Assembly (NCBI GenBank): GCA_964649695.1
Contig: CAZYQO010000002.1
Coordinates: 66,728 to 130,727, forward strand
Length of the DNA stretch: 64,000 nucleotides
Source of the DNA: an uncultured Candidatus Peribacteria bacterium
GTDB lineage: Bacteria; Patescibacteriota; Gracilibacteria; Peribacterales; Peribacteraceae
Direction: 5' to 3'
This document shows positions 1 to 7,548 of the stretch, one piece after another; positions within the stretch are counted from its first letter, which is position 1, and each line of letters opens with the position of its first letter. Made by a program: the position numbers and the translations under genes. Below the pieces are notes generated by a model. It was not told the origin of the DNA, ran no database searches, and worked only from the letters and a program-made list of their open reading frames with translations.

Positions 1-1
1 C

Positions 2-754
2 GGGTTTGACCCCGCCAAGGCGGTGATCTTCTACCAATCCGATGTGCCCGAGCATGCCGAATTGATGTGGATCCTTTCCACGGTGACGCCCATGGGGCTT
101 TTGGAACGTGCGGTCAGCTACAAGGACAAGGTCGAAAAGGGGATTGCCGCATCGGTGGGGCTCTTCACCTATCCGGTGCTGATGGCCGCCGACATCCTGC
201 TCTATAACGCCGATGTCGTGCCGGTGGGCAAAGACCAAAAGCAGCATGTCGAGATCGCGCGCGATATCGCGATGAAGTTCAACAATGCCTTTGGGGACAC
301 CTTCACCCTCCCCGAACCGTCGATCCGCGCGGACGTCGCCGTCGTGTGCGGTACCGACGGCCAGAAGATGAGCAAGAGTTACGGCAACACCATCCCGCTG
401 TTCGGTGACGAATCCGTCATCAAGAAGGCGATTATGGGCATCGTGACCGATTCCAAAGGGGCAACGGATCCCAAAGACCCCGACAGCTGCCCCATCTATC
501 AGATCCACAAGCTGTTTTTGACAAAAGAGGAGGCCAAAACGCTTGCAGACGAGTACAAAAACGGAATGGCCTACGGCGATGCGAAAAAGAAGCTTCTGAC
601 CGCCTACATGGATCACTTTTCGGCCATGCGCGCGAAGCGGGACGCGTTGCTCAAACAGGATCTTTCGGCGGTGATTGCCGACGGAACAACCCGTGCCCGT
701 GCCATTGCAGGCAAAACGATGGATGCTGTGCGAAAGGCAGTAGGACTACGCTGA
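2..754 (+). CDS. trpS: Tryptophanyl-tRNA synthetase, C-terminal ~250 aa (5' end outside window)
   Basis: Frame is open from the window edge (GFDPAKAVIFYQSDVPEHAEL...). It has the class I aaRS KMSKS loop (DGQKMSKSYGNTIPLF) and a VPVGKDQKQHVE block. TGA stop at 752-754. Confidence 0.9.
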   Translation, partial: GFDPAKAVIFYQSDVPEHAELMWILSTVTPMGLLERAVSYKDKVEKGIAASVGLFTYPVLMAADILLYNADVVPVGKDQKQHVEIARDIAMKFNNAFGDTFTLPEPSIRADVAVVCGTDGQKMSKSYGNTIPLFGDESVIKKAIMGIVTDSKGATDPKDPDSCPIYQIHKLFLTKEEAKTLADEYKNGMAYGDAKKKLLTAYMDHFSAMRAKRDALLKQDLSAVIADGTTRARAIAGKTMDAVRKAVGLR

Positions 755-757
755 ACC

Positions 758-1336
758 ATGGAGCAGCCGTGGATTCTCGCATCGGCAAGCCCCCAGCGCA
801 GGAAGCTTTTGGAGGGATTGGGCGTGTCTTTTGAGGTGCTGCCGAGTCATGTCGATGAGGATGCTTTGGAGGAGCGCGATCCCGCGAAGCGTGCGGTCAT
901 GCTTGCCGCGCTCAAGGCGCAGACGGTGGCGGATGCGATGCCCGGCCGTTTTGTCATCGGGTGCGATACGCTCGTGGTTGCTCCCGACGGCACACGTCTT
1001 GAAAAGCCCACGGATGACAAAGATGCCGAACGGATGCTTCGCCTGCAGTCCGGCGGCGTGTCGCTCGTGCACTCCGGCCTTGCCGTCGTTACGCCCACGC
1101 GGCAGCTGTTGACCGGCATCAGTACTTCACGGGTGCATTTTCGCGCGCTTTCCGACCGTGACATTTCCTGGTGGCTGTCGACCGGCCTGTGGAACGACCG
1201 CTCGGGATCATTCCAGATCGATGGCCCGGGTCAGCTGATGATCGAGCAGCTCGAAGGGGATTGGCCGGGCGTGGTGGGCTTTCCGGTGCATCTGTTCGGA
1301 CAACTTGCCGCCTCAGCGGGACGACCGTTGCTGTAG
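758..1336 (+). CDS. maf: Maf-like nucleoside triphosphate pyrophosphatase (septum formation inhibitor family)
   Basis: 192 aa. N-terminal ILASASPQRRKLLEGLGV, IGCDTLV and SGSFQIDG blocks are typical of Maf/YhdE. Confidence 0.85.
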   Translation: MEQPWILASASPQRRKLLEGLGVSFEVLPSHVDEDALEERDPAKRAVMLAALKAQTVADAMPGRFVIGCDTLVVAPDGTRLEKPTDDKDAERMLRLQSGGVSLVHSGLAVVTPTRQLLTGISTSRVHFRALSDRDISWWLSTGLWNDRSGSFQIDGPGQLMIEQLEGDWPGVVGFPVHLFGQLAASAGRPLL

Positions 1337-2023
1337 ACGCACCATGCGGTACCCGCGCAGCGCGGCGATGGATTGCCTGTAGTCGGGCAGTGCCGATGCG
1401 ACGAGCGCCCAAAAGCGTTTGCCGTGATTGCGCTGCTGCAGATGTGCCAGCTCATGCACGATCACATAGCGTTGCAGATGTTCTGGAACGAAGAGTAGTG
1501 CGCCCGACAGTGCGATGCCTCCCCGGGAGGAGCAGCTGCCCCATTGCGTGGCAGTGTATTTGAGGGAGACCGTGCCGACCGCAAACCCGAATGTCATGGC
1601 ATTCTGCAGCGCGACTTCTGCCGTCATTCGCGGGAGCTCGGCGGCACACAGCGTGCGCCACAGCAGGCGATGCAAAGCCCGTGGCTCCTGCTTTGGGGAC
1701 ACGGTGAGTTCCCAACAGGTGTCCGACATCCGGATACGCGTGGCATGTCCTGTGCGGCGCCTGACGGTGAAGGTTCGACCGTCTCCAAGGCACACGCGAC
1801 TTTCGGCTTTTCCTGCAATTACCTCACGAAAAGGGTCAATGGGGGTTTTGGCGACATGCCGTTTGGCCGCTTCCCCCATGCGCTTTGTCAGAAGGGCGAT
1901 GTGCTCCTCCTCCATCCAGCGCGGCAGGCGCCCCGCCAGACGAATCAGAATGCCGTCATCCGTCAGAATGGCGCGTGACGTGCGATTCGTCGTCCGTTCG
2001 ACGGTGACAGACATTGTGCTCAT
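1313..2023 (-). CDS. YgjP/DUF45-type zinc metallopeptidase (M48-like)
   Basis: 236 aa with an HExxH motif in YVIVHELAHLQQRNHGKRFW. Its 3' end overlaps maf convergently by 24 nt, and its start overlaps the upstream stop (ATGA, 2020-2023). Confidence 0.75.
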   Translation of the reverse strand: MSTMSVTVERTTNRTSRAILTDDGILIRLAGRLPRWMEEEHIALLTKRMGEAAKRHVAKTPIDPFREVIAGKAESRVCLGDGRTFTVRRRTGHATRIRMSDTCWELTVSPKQEPRALHRLLWRTLCAAELPRMTAEVALQNAMTFGFAVGTVSLKYTATQWGSCSSRGGIALSGALLFVPEHLQRYVIVHELAHLQQRNHGKRFWALVASALPDYRQSIAALRGYRMVRLQQRSSR

Positions 2024-2829
2024 GCTTCCGGCGTCTGTGCGCCGCTGCCCGTGTCCGCTGCCGGGGCAAGCAGAGGCAAACAGGCGGTCAACTGGGTATG
2101 TGCTGCGGCCAGGTTGGACTGTGCGGAGGGCAGATCATCGCCCGTGCCCGCTCGATCGAGCGAGATGCGCGCGGTCTCGAGGCAGGAGATTGCGTCTGCA
2201 TACGATCCCAGTGCCTGGTCATCCATCGCTGCAAGCTCATCCATCGCCGCGCGCAGGCGCCACTGCAGGCGCTCGGCGTCCACATGCGTCTGGGCGATCC
2301 AGACCGGTGTGCGGTAACGGTTCCCCAGGTTCCGTTTGCTCTCTTCCGCGTCAGCTTCCGTGGTGAAGACATCATTGTCGATGCCGGAGACGATTGCGGC
2401 GATTGCCTCGGTCAACGCGTCGGTGGATGTTGTCAGTTCCTGTGTTGCCGGTGTCGATATTGCGGCTCGCAGATCCTGTTTTATTGCACGCAAAGTTTGC
2501 AGTTCCGTCGTGAGATCCCCGCGAAAACAGCGCAGGAGGACGGCGGTTTTTCCGTCACGGTTTGCCCTGCGCAGATCATCATCGCAGCGCGCGGCGAGCT
2601 CCTGCTTCTTGAGATGCATCGCGTTTTTCTGCTTCTGCATGTCGGCCAATGCGGTCGTGTCTTTCTGCAGCGCATCGGCTGCGGGAACCGCGGGAAGCAA
2701 GGCAATACCGGTCGCAAGAATGTCTCGGGGCGGGGTGACCAGTTGTCCGACCAGCCTGCTGCCCACAATGACGGCGATGCCCACTGCGGCGATGGCGAGT
2801 CCTGAAAGTGTCCTGTGCATGGCGTTCAT
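2020..2829 (-). CDS. Hypothetical N-terminally anchored, helical/coiled-coil protein
   Basis: 269-aa ORF with an N-terminal hydrophobic segment (LSGLAIAAVGIAVIVGS). No family recognised. Positioned in an operon with flanking minus-strand genes. Confidence 0.5.
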   Translation of the reverse strand: MNAMHRTLSGLAIAAVGIAVIVGSRLVGQLVTPPRDILATGIALLPAVPAADALQKDTTALADMQKQKNAMHLKKQELAARCDDDLRRANRDGKTAVLLRCFRGDLTTELQTLRAIKQDLRAAISTPATQELTTSTDALTEAIAAIVSGIDNDVFTTEADAEESKRNLGNRYRTPVWIAQTHVDAERLQWRLRAAMDELAAMDDQALGSYADAISCLETARISLDRAGTGDDLPSAQSNLAAAHTQLTACLPLLAPAADTGSGAQTPEA

Positions 2830-2840
2830 CCTACCACTGC

Positions 2841-4886
2841 TCAGGCGGGCAGGGCACGTTCACGCGCCAGATACTGCAGGATCGTCTCGATAAATGTGGC
2901 GTGACTCCAGGTGAGCGGGGAGACCGAAAGCGGCGCACCCGTCAGCGGATCCATCTGCTCCGGGAGCAGCCCTGCTGCGGAAGCCTTGGATGCCGCCCAT
3001 TCGATCGTGTCGCGGGCCTTGGCGAGTTCGCCGCGGGTTTTGGCACGTGCGATATTCCATTGGGCGAGCCACAGTGTCGTGATGATCCAGGGGTTGCCCG
3101 GCACATCCGCGGACGGAGATACCACGCAGTGGTACACATCACCCGTATAGCGTGCCAGGCCGCCGACGGCGGTATGCACGGCGAGTGTCGATGCCATCTG
3201 TTCCATGGTGGAGACCACGCGGGGGTCATCGGGCGGCAGCACGCCAAGCTTCCAGATGAAGGCGAGGCTCGCGTCGATGGTGTCGTCGCGGTGGGTGGTT
3301 ACGCCCTTCTCGCGGTCGATTTTCTTCATGAAACGCTTCTTTTGCTCATCAAACAGATGGAAGACCAGTGCCTGGCGCATCTGGTCAGCCACTTCCGAAT
3401 ACTTCTGCGAATGGCGAAGATGCCCCAGGGTCTGTGCGATGTGGGCGGCTGCCGTCAGGCCGGCGATGGTGCACGCGGTGGCGTAGGTGCCCACGCCGCG
3501 CTGCTCCTCCCACGGGTCATAGCTGGCCAGCGGCAGACCGCTTTCCGGCTCACGGAATTCCGCAAGGAATTCAGCGGCATGACGGATGAATTTTTCGTAG
3601 GTTTCCTGCAGGAATTCAAAGTCCTGCGTAAGTTCGAAGTGGTGCCACATGGCGTGCAACACCAGAGCGGTTTCGTCTTCCTGGATCGGCAGCTGCGGTT
3701 CGTTGTTTTTGTACCAGGCATGCCACGACGATCCCAAAGAGCCGTCCGGGTTGTATTTGTGCATCATGTAGCCGTCTGGGGTTTGCACTCGGCAGCAGAA
3801 ATCGAAGAAGCGGCGGGAGATCTCCCCGTATCCGGCGTCGTCGAGCGCCGTACAGACCAGCGCGCCGTCGCGCGGCCACACATAGGTGTATGTGTCGCGG
3901 TTGAAGGCCATGATGTCGCTGTCGGCAGCCGCAAGGATGCCGCCGTGATTGTCGGCGTGTGTGCGGATCGTCAGCAGACTGCGCTTGTACAGATCGATCA
4001 GATGGGGCGAGAGGGAGGTGACGCCGATCGGCGCCTTGTTCACCCAGCTTTTCCAGTAGTTCGCACAGTTGCGCTCCAGCCGTTCGGGCGTTTCGCTCAG
4101 CACCAGCTGCTGCAGCTTGATGACTTCGTCCAGCGTGGTGCCAAGACAGAGCCACAGAGCCACTTCCGTGACCTTTCCCGGTTCCACGATGCAATGGATG
4201 GCTGCGGTGGAATCCACCGATCCCTGTTCGATGGGGTGCTGGCTCAGCACGCCGTCTTCGGCATCCTTCCATGTGCCTTCGAGCCCGCGATAGTTGGCCT
4301 TGCCGGTGGTGAACGAGTTGATGCCGCAGCCGCCGACTTCGGTCATGCTGTGCAACACCGACGCGAACGGTCCGCCACGGTGACCGATCGTGCACTCCTC
4401 ACCGTTGGACGTTTGTCCACCGATCAGGAAGTACCGTTTTCCACGGAAGTGGATGAGGGAATTCGTGTACGGTTCGTAGAATGCGGTGTCTTTCTGCGTG
4501 TCGCCGTAGATGTGAAAATTGTGATTGAAAAAGAGGCGCACTTTCTGCGTTTCCTTGGCACTGCTTTTGATGAAAAAGCGGCGCAGCAAGACGTTGTGCA
4601 CCGGGTGGACGCAGTCTTCCACGGTCATGCTGATTCCCAGCTGCTCGTGCTCTGCATTGGACTGTGTGACGAGCGTTTCCAGTTTGTAGGCGGGCTGCAT
4701 TTTCCATGCGCTGTCGCCCAGCCAGGAAAACCCTTTGCCCTCCACAAACACGCCGACGCGATGCACGTTGCCGTAGGTGGTATGGTCTTCCATTCCCACA
4801 TAGGGAAAGTACAGGTCGCGCAGCTGCAGGCGGTCATCGAATGCCGCAAGCACGGAGCCGTTGCCGAGGACGAGGGAGCGGGGCAT
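2841..4886 (-). CDS. Glycoside hydrolase family 15 (glucoamylase/glucodextranase-like)
   Basis: 681 aa. Has the YVWPRDGA block and further (alpha/alpha)6 GH15-like blocks (GGILAAADSD, LPEQMDPLTG). Confidence 0.8.
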   Translation of the reverse strand: MPRSLVLGNGSVLAAFDDRLQLRDLYFPYVGMEDHTTYGNVHRVGVFVEGKGFSWLGDSAWKMQPAYKLETLVTQSNAEHEQLGISMTVEDCVHPVHNVLLRRFFIKSSAKETQKVRLFFNHNFHIYGDTQKDTAFYEPYTNSLIHFRGKRYFLIGGQTSNGEECTIGHRGGPFASVLHSMTEVGGCGINSFTTGKANYRGLEGTWKDAEDGVLSQHPIEQGSVDSTAAIHCIVEPGKVTEVALWLCLGTTLDEVIKLQQLVLSETPERLERNCANYWKSWVNKAPIGVTSLSPHLIDLYKRSLLTIRTHADNHGGILAAADSDIMAFNRDTYTYVWPRDGALVCTALDDAGYGEISRRFFDFCCRVQTPDGYMMHKYNPDGSLGSSWHAWYKNNEPQLPIQEDETALVLHAMWHHFELTQDFEFLQETYEKFIRHAAEFLAEFREPESGLPLASYDPWEEQRGVGTYATACTIAGLTAAAHIAQTLGHLRHSQKYSEVADQMRQALVFHLFDEQKKRFMKKIDREKGVTTHRDDTIDASLAFIWKLGVLPPDDPRVVSTMEQMASTLAVHTAVGGLARYTGDVYHCVVSPSADVPGNPWIITTLWLAQWNIARAKTRGELAKARDTIEWAASKASAAGLLPEQMDPLTGAPLSVSPLTWSHATFIETILQYLARERALPA

Positions 4887-4889
4887 GGG

Positions 4890-6170
4890 TTAGCGGGGAA
4901 GGTGAACGGATGTCTCACTGATGCCCAGGCGCATGCGCAGATCCTGCAGCGCATGGCTGAAACGTCGGAATGCTTCGTAGGGTGAGTCGTACGGACTGAA
5001 ATATTTGTGCACGTCACCGTCCGCCCAGTATTTGGTCGACATGTAGTAGAAGTGGTCGGAGGTCTGCAGTTTGCGCCAGTGCTCCACCAGATCGGGGTCA
5101 TTGCTCAGTTTCACGGGTTTTTCGAGTGCGTAGATCGCTTCAAGTGCGGCGTTCTGGATGTTGTTGCCGAGCCACGCGGAGAGATCGCGCTCACTGTCCG
5201 CCCATGACGTGTAGTTATGGGCGTCGTACACATGTTCGCGGTCGGTCTTCCATTGCGAGATCACCTGCGAGGGCGTGCGGACGACGATGCCGCGTTCCTC
5301 GAGCATGCGGGGAAGGGCGGCAAGAAAGTCGAAGATGCCGGTATCCGCCCACTGGTGTTCGCCGAAGGTCTCGTAGTCCATGAACAGATTGATGCTGTGT
5401 CCGCCCGTTTCCTTCACCCAGTCGGCAAACGTCTCCGCAAGCAGCGGATTGCCGCTGTGGTGATTGGCACTGAAACGGAAGGCGATGTCGTCCGAGAGGC
5501 GGTAGTGCTTCAGCAGGATGTGGATGTCGCGCGCAGCCTGTTTGTAGGGGCGCTCCTTGTTGATGATGCGCTCCATCCAGGTGGGCAGACGGAAATGCGG
5601 CGGGACGTACGGCACGGTTGGCGAGCGGTCTCCCAGGATGCCGTCCACGCCCTCGGCCACGATGCCCTGAAAGCCCATGAGGCGGACGATATGGGAGATT
5701 TCATTGCGATAAATGAGCTCGGTATTGCGAAACACCTTGGGCTTTTGGCCGAAGAGGCGATGGATTTCGCCCACGTGGCGTTTCACCTGTGCGCAGAATT
5801 CCGGCAGCGAACGCAGGCTGCTGAGCGAGTGGTAATACGTCTCCGCGAGGAATTCCACACGTCCCGTCTTCGCGAGTTTGCGGAACGAGGCGAGCACATC
5901 GGGCCCGTATTCTTTGCACTGGTCGAGGAACACGCCGGACAACGAGTACGACACGCGGAATTCCGGGTGCTGCTTCAGGAGCTTGAGGATGACCTTATTC
6001 GCAGGCAAATAGCACTTTTCAGCCACTTTTCGGAAGACCGCACGGTTTTTGACATGGTCGAAGTAGTCGAGGTCTTCGTTGCCGATGTCCGTCACGCGGA
6101 GATCCGTCAGGCGGTATGGCTGGTGTACCTGGAAGTACAGGCAGACGCCGGTCTGTTGCTTCTTCGTCAT
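4890..6170 (-). CDS. Glycoside hydrolase family 57 (alpha-amylase / alpha-glucan-active enzyme)
   Basis: CLYFQVHQPYRL N-terminus and MDYETFGEHQW block typical of GH57. Start placed at ATG 6170 (MTKKQQTG), overlapping the upstream TGA as ATGA. The 130-aa N-terminal extension in the ORF track lies inside the upstream gene. Confidence 0.8.
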   Translation of the reverse strand: MTKKQQTGVCLYFQVHQPYRLTDLRVTDIGNEDLDYFDHVKNRAVFRKVAEKCYLPANKVILKLLKQHPEFRVSYSLSGVFLDQCKEYGPDVLASFRKLAKTGRVEFLAETYYHSLSSLRSLPEFCAQVKRHVGEIHRLFGQKPKVFRNTELIYRNEISHIVRLMGFQGIVAEGVDGILGDRSPTVPYVPPHFRLPTWMERIINKERPYKQAARDIHILLKHYRLSDDIAFRFSANHHSGNPLLAETFADWVKETGGHSINLFMDYETFGEHQWADTGIFDFLAALPRMLEERGIVVRTPSQVISQWKTDREHVYDAHNYTSWADSERDLSAWLGNNIQNAALEAIYALEKPVKLSNDPDLVEHWRKLQTSDHFYYMSTKYWADGDVHKYFSPYDSPYEAFRRFSHALQDLRMRLGISETSVHLPR

Positions 6171-7378
6171 GAGCGGGTGGGGGAGGAGAGCAAGTGGTGA
6201 TAGATGTCTCGGATAAGTTTTGCCTGGTTGTGCCAGGTCAGGCGCTTGAGGACGCGGGGGGCTTCGATGCGCAGCTGTTGCGAGAGCACATGCTCGCGCA
6301 GGATGGTCATGATGCAGTCGGCCATTTTGCCGGTGTCCCAGTAGTCGACGGCAAATGCATGATCCAGCACTTCGCTGACGCCCGATTGTTTGCTGACCAC
6401 CACGGGTACGCCGTGGCCGATGGCTTCGAGCGCCACGAGGCCGAACGGCTCGCTGAGGGACGGCATCACAAAGCAGCTCGCATTCCGATACAACGCGTCT
6501 GCCTCCCTGCGGTTCACCTTGCCGGTGAACAGCATGCAGTCTTGCAGCCCCAGCGCGCATGTACGATCTAGCAGTTCGGGCAGCATGCCGCCTTCGCCGG
6601 CCATGACGAACTGTACGTCGGGTCGCAATGTGTGGATGACCGAGGCGATTTCCAGAAACTGCCAGGGGTTCTTTTGCACTGTCAGGCGCCCCAAAAAGAG
6701 CACCATGGGCGGCTTGTTCGATCCGAGTTGTGCCACGGGCGACGGCAGGATCTGGTCGTGGACATGGTGCCCGTTGTGTACGACGGAAATCTTGTCCGCT
6801 GGGATGCCGTAGTGCTGCACGATGAGGTTCTTCGTGTAGTTGCTGACCGCAATGATGCGGTCGGCGGATCGCAGGCCATGCATTTCGCGTTCAAAGATCC
6901 ACGGATGGGGCTGGAAGTTGGTGCGGTCGAGCTCGGTGGCATGGATGTGGGCGACGTGGGGCACGCCGTGGTGCTTCGCCGCGGTGATGCCCGCACCATA
7001 GGTCATCCAGTCGTGGGTGTGCACGATGTCGGGTTCCAGATGCGCCGTCACTTCCGCGCCGCGTTCGGCATAGCGCACGACAGCCTCTCCCATGTTCGGC
7101 CCATAGAGATCCTTCATGCCGGCGGAGATGGTGGAGACGCGTGTGGCGTAGGTTTCCACCGTGTCGTAGGGCAGCAGCAGTGAAGGCACTTGGATGACCG
7201 TGTGGCTTGCGTGCGGGTCGCCGTTGATGATCTCTCCGGTTGCGCCCATCGGCAGCACCAGGCTGACCTGCATGCCGTTGTGGAGCATGCCCTTCACGAG
7301 GCCTTCGCAGGCGACGCCCAATCCTCCCGAGTGATGAGGAGGATATTCCCAGCCGAACATGAGGCTATGTACGGACAT
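6167..7378 (-). CDS. Glycosyltransferase, GT4/GT5 glycogen-synthase-like
   Basis: 403 aa. N-terminal EYPPHHSGGLGVACEGL and C-terminal PSLSEPFGLVALEAIGHGVPVV (GT-B E-x7-E region). First gene of the GT-GH57-GH15 operon. Confidence 0.75.
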   Translation of the reverse strand: MSVHSLMFGWEYPPHHSGGLGVACEGLVKGMLHNGMQVSLVLPMGATGEIINGDPHASHTVIQVPSLLLPYDTVETYATRVSTISAGMKDLYGPNMGEAVVRYAERGAEVTAHLEPDIVHTHDWMTYGAGITAAKHHGVPHVAHIHATELDRTNFQPHPWIFEREMHGLRSADRIIAVSNYTKNLIVQHYGIPADKISVVHNGHHVHDQILPSPVAQLGSNKPPMVLFLGRLTVQKNPWQFLEIASVIHTLRPDVQFVMAGEGGMLPELLDRTCALGLQDCMLFTGKVNRREADALYRNASCFVMPSLSEPFGLVALEAIGHGVPVVVSKQSGVSEVLDHAFAVDYWDTGKMADCIMTILREHVLSQQLRIEAPRVLKRLTWHNQAKLIRDIYHHLLSSPTRS

Positions 7379-7548
7379 TGTTTGGTGTTTGTGTGCGAGA
7401 AATCACAACACTATAGCAGTTTTTTGGCTTCCTGACTACACCCGTGACCTATCACAACATCGGTGAATATGGCCAAATCACCTTTGGATCATTTTCCGCC
7501 GTGCTGCCACGGTTTTTTTGGCTTCCAGATTGGATCAAAACGGATCTG

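Noticed and set aside
752-754. Alternative genetic code (UGA recoding, as in some CPR lineages)
   Set aside because: TGA terminates several well-conserved genes at the expected protein length (trpS at 752-754, the glycosyltransferase at 6167-6169, the lectin protein at 10323-10325). No conserved gene requires read-through of an in-frame TGA.
2808-4985. 725-aa plus-strand ORF
   Set aside because: It lies antisense to the GH15 gene, which has clear family motifs. The ORF's translation is Arg/Gly/Ala/His-rich low complexity. This is a typical shadow ORF in high-GC DNA.
6171-6560. 130-aa N-terminal extension of the GH57 ORF in the six-frame track
   Set aside because: The extension lies entirely inside the upstream glycosyltransferase gene in another frame and is Arg/Pro-rich. 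The conserved GH57 N-terminus begins at MTKKQQTGVCLYFQVHQPYRL (ATG 6170), which overlaps the upstream TGA.
7498-7519. Plus-strand intrinsic-terminator-like hairpin CCGTG-CTGC-CACGG followed by T7, lying between two minus-strand genes
   Set aside because: There is no plus-strand gene or convincing promoter upstream. On the minus strand the hairpin is not followed by a U-tract. It could mark a small plus-strand RNA, but the sequence alone does not support that, so it is left unannotated.
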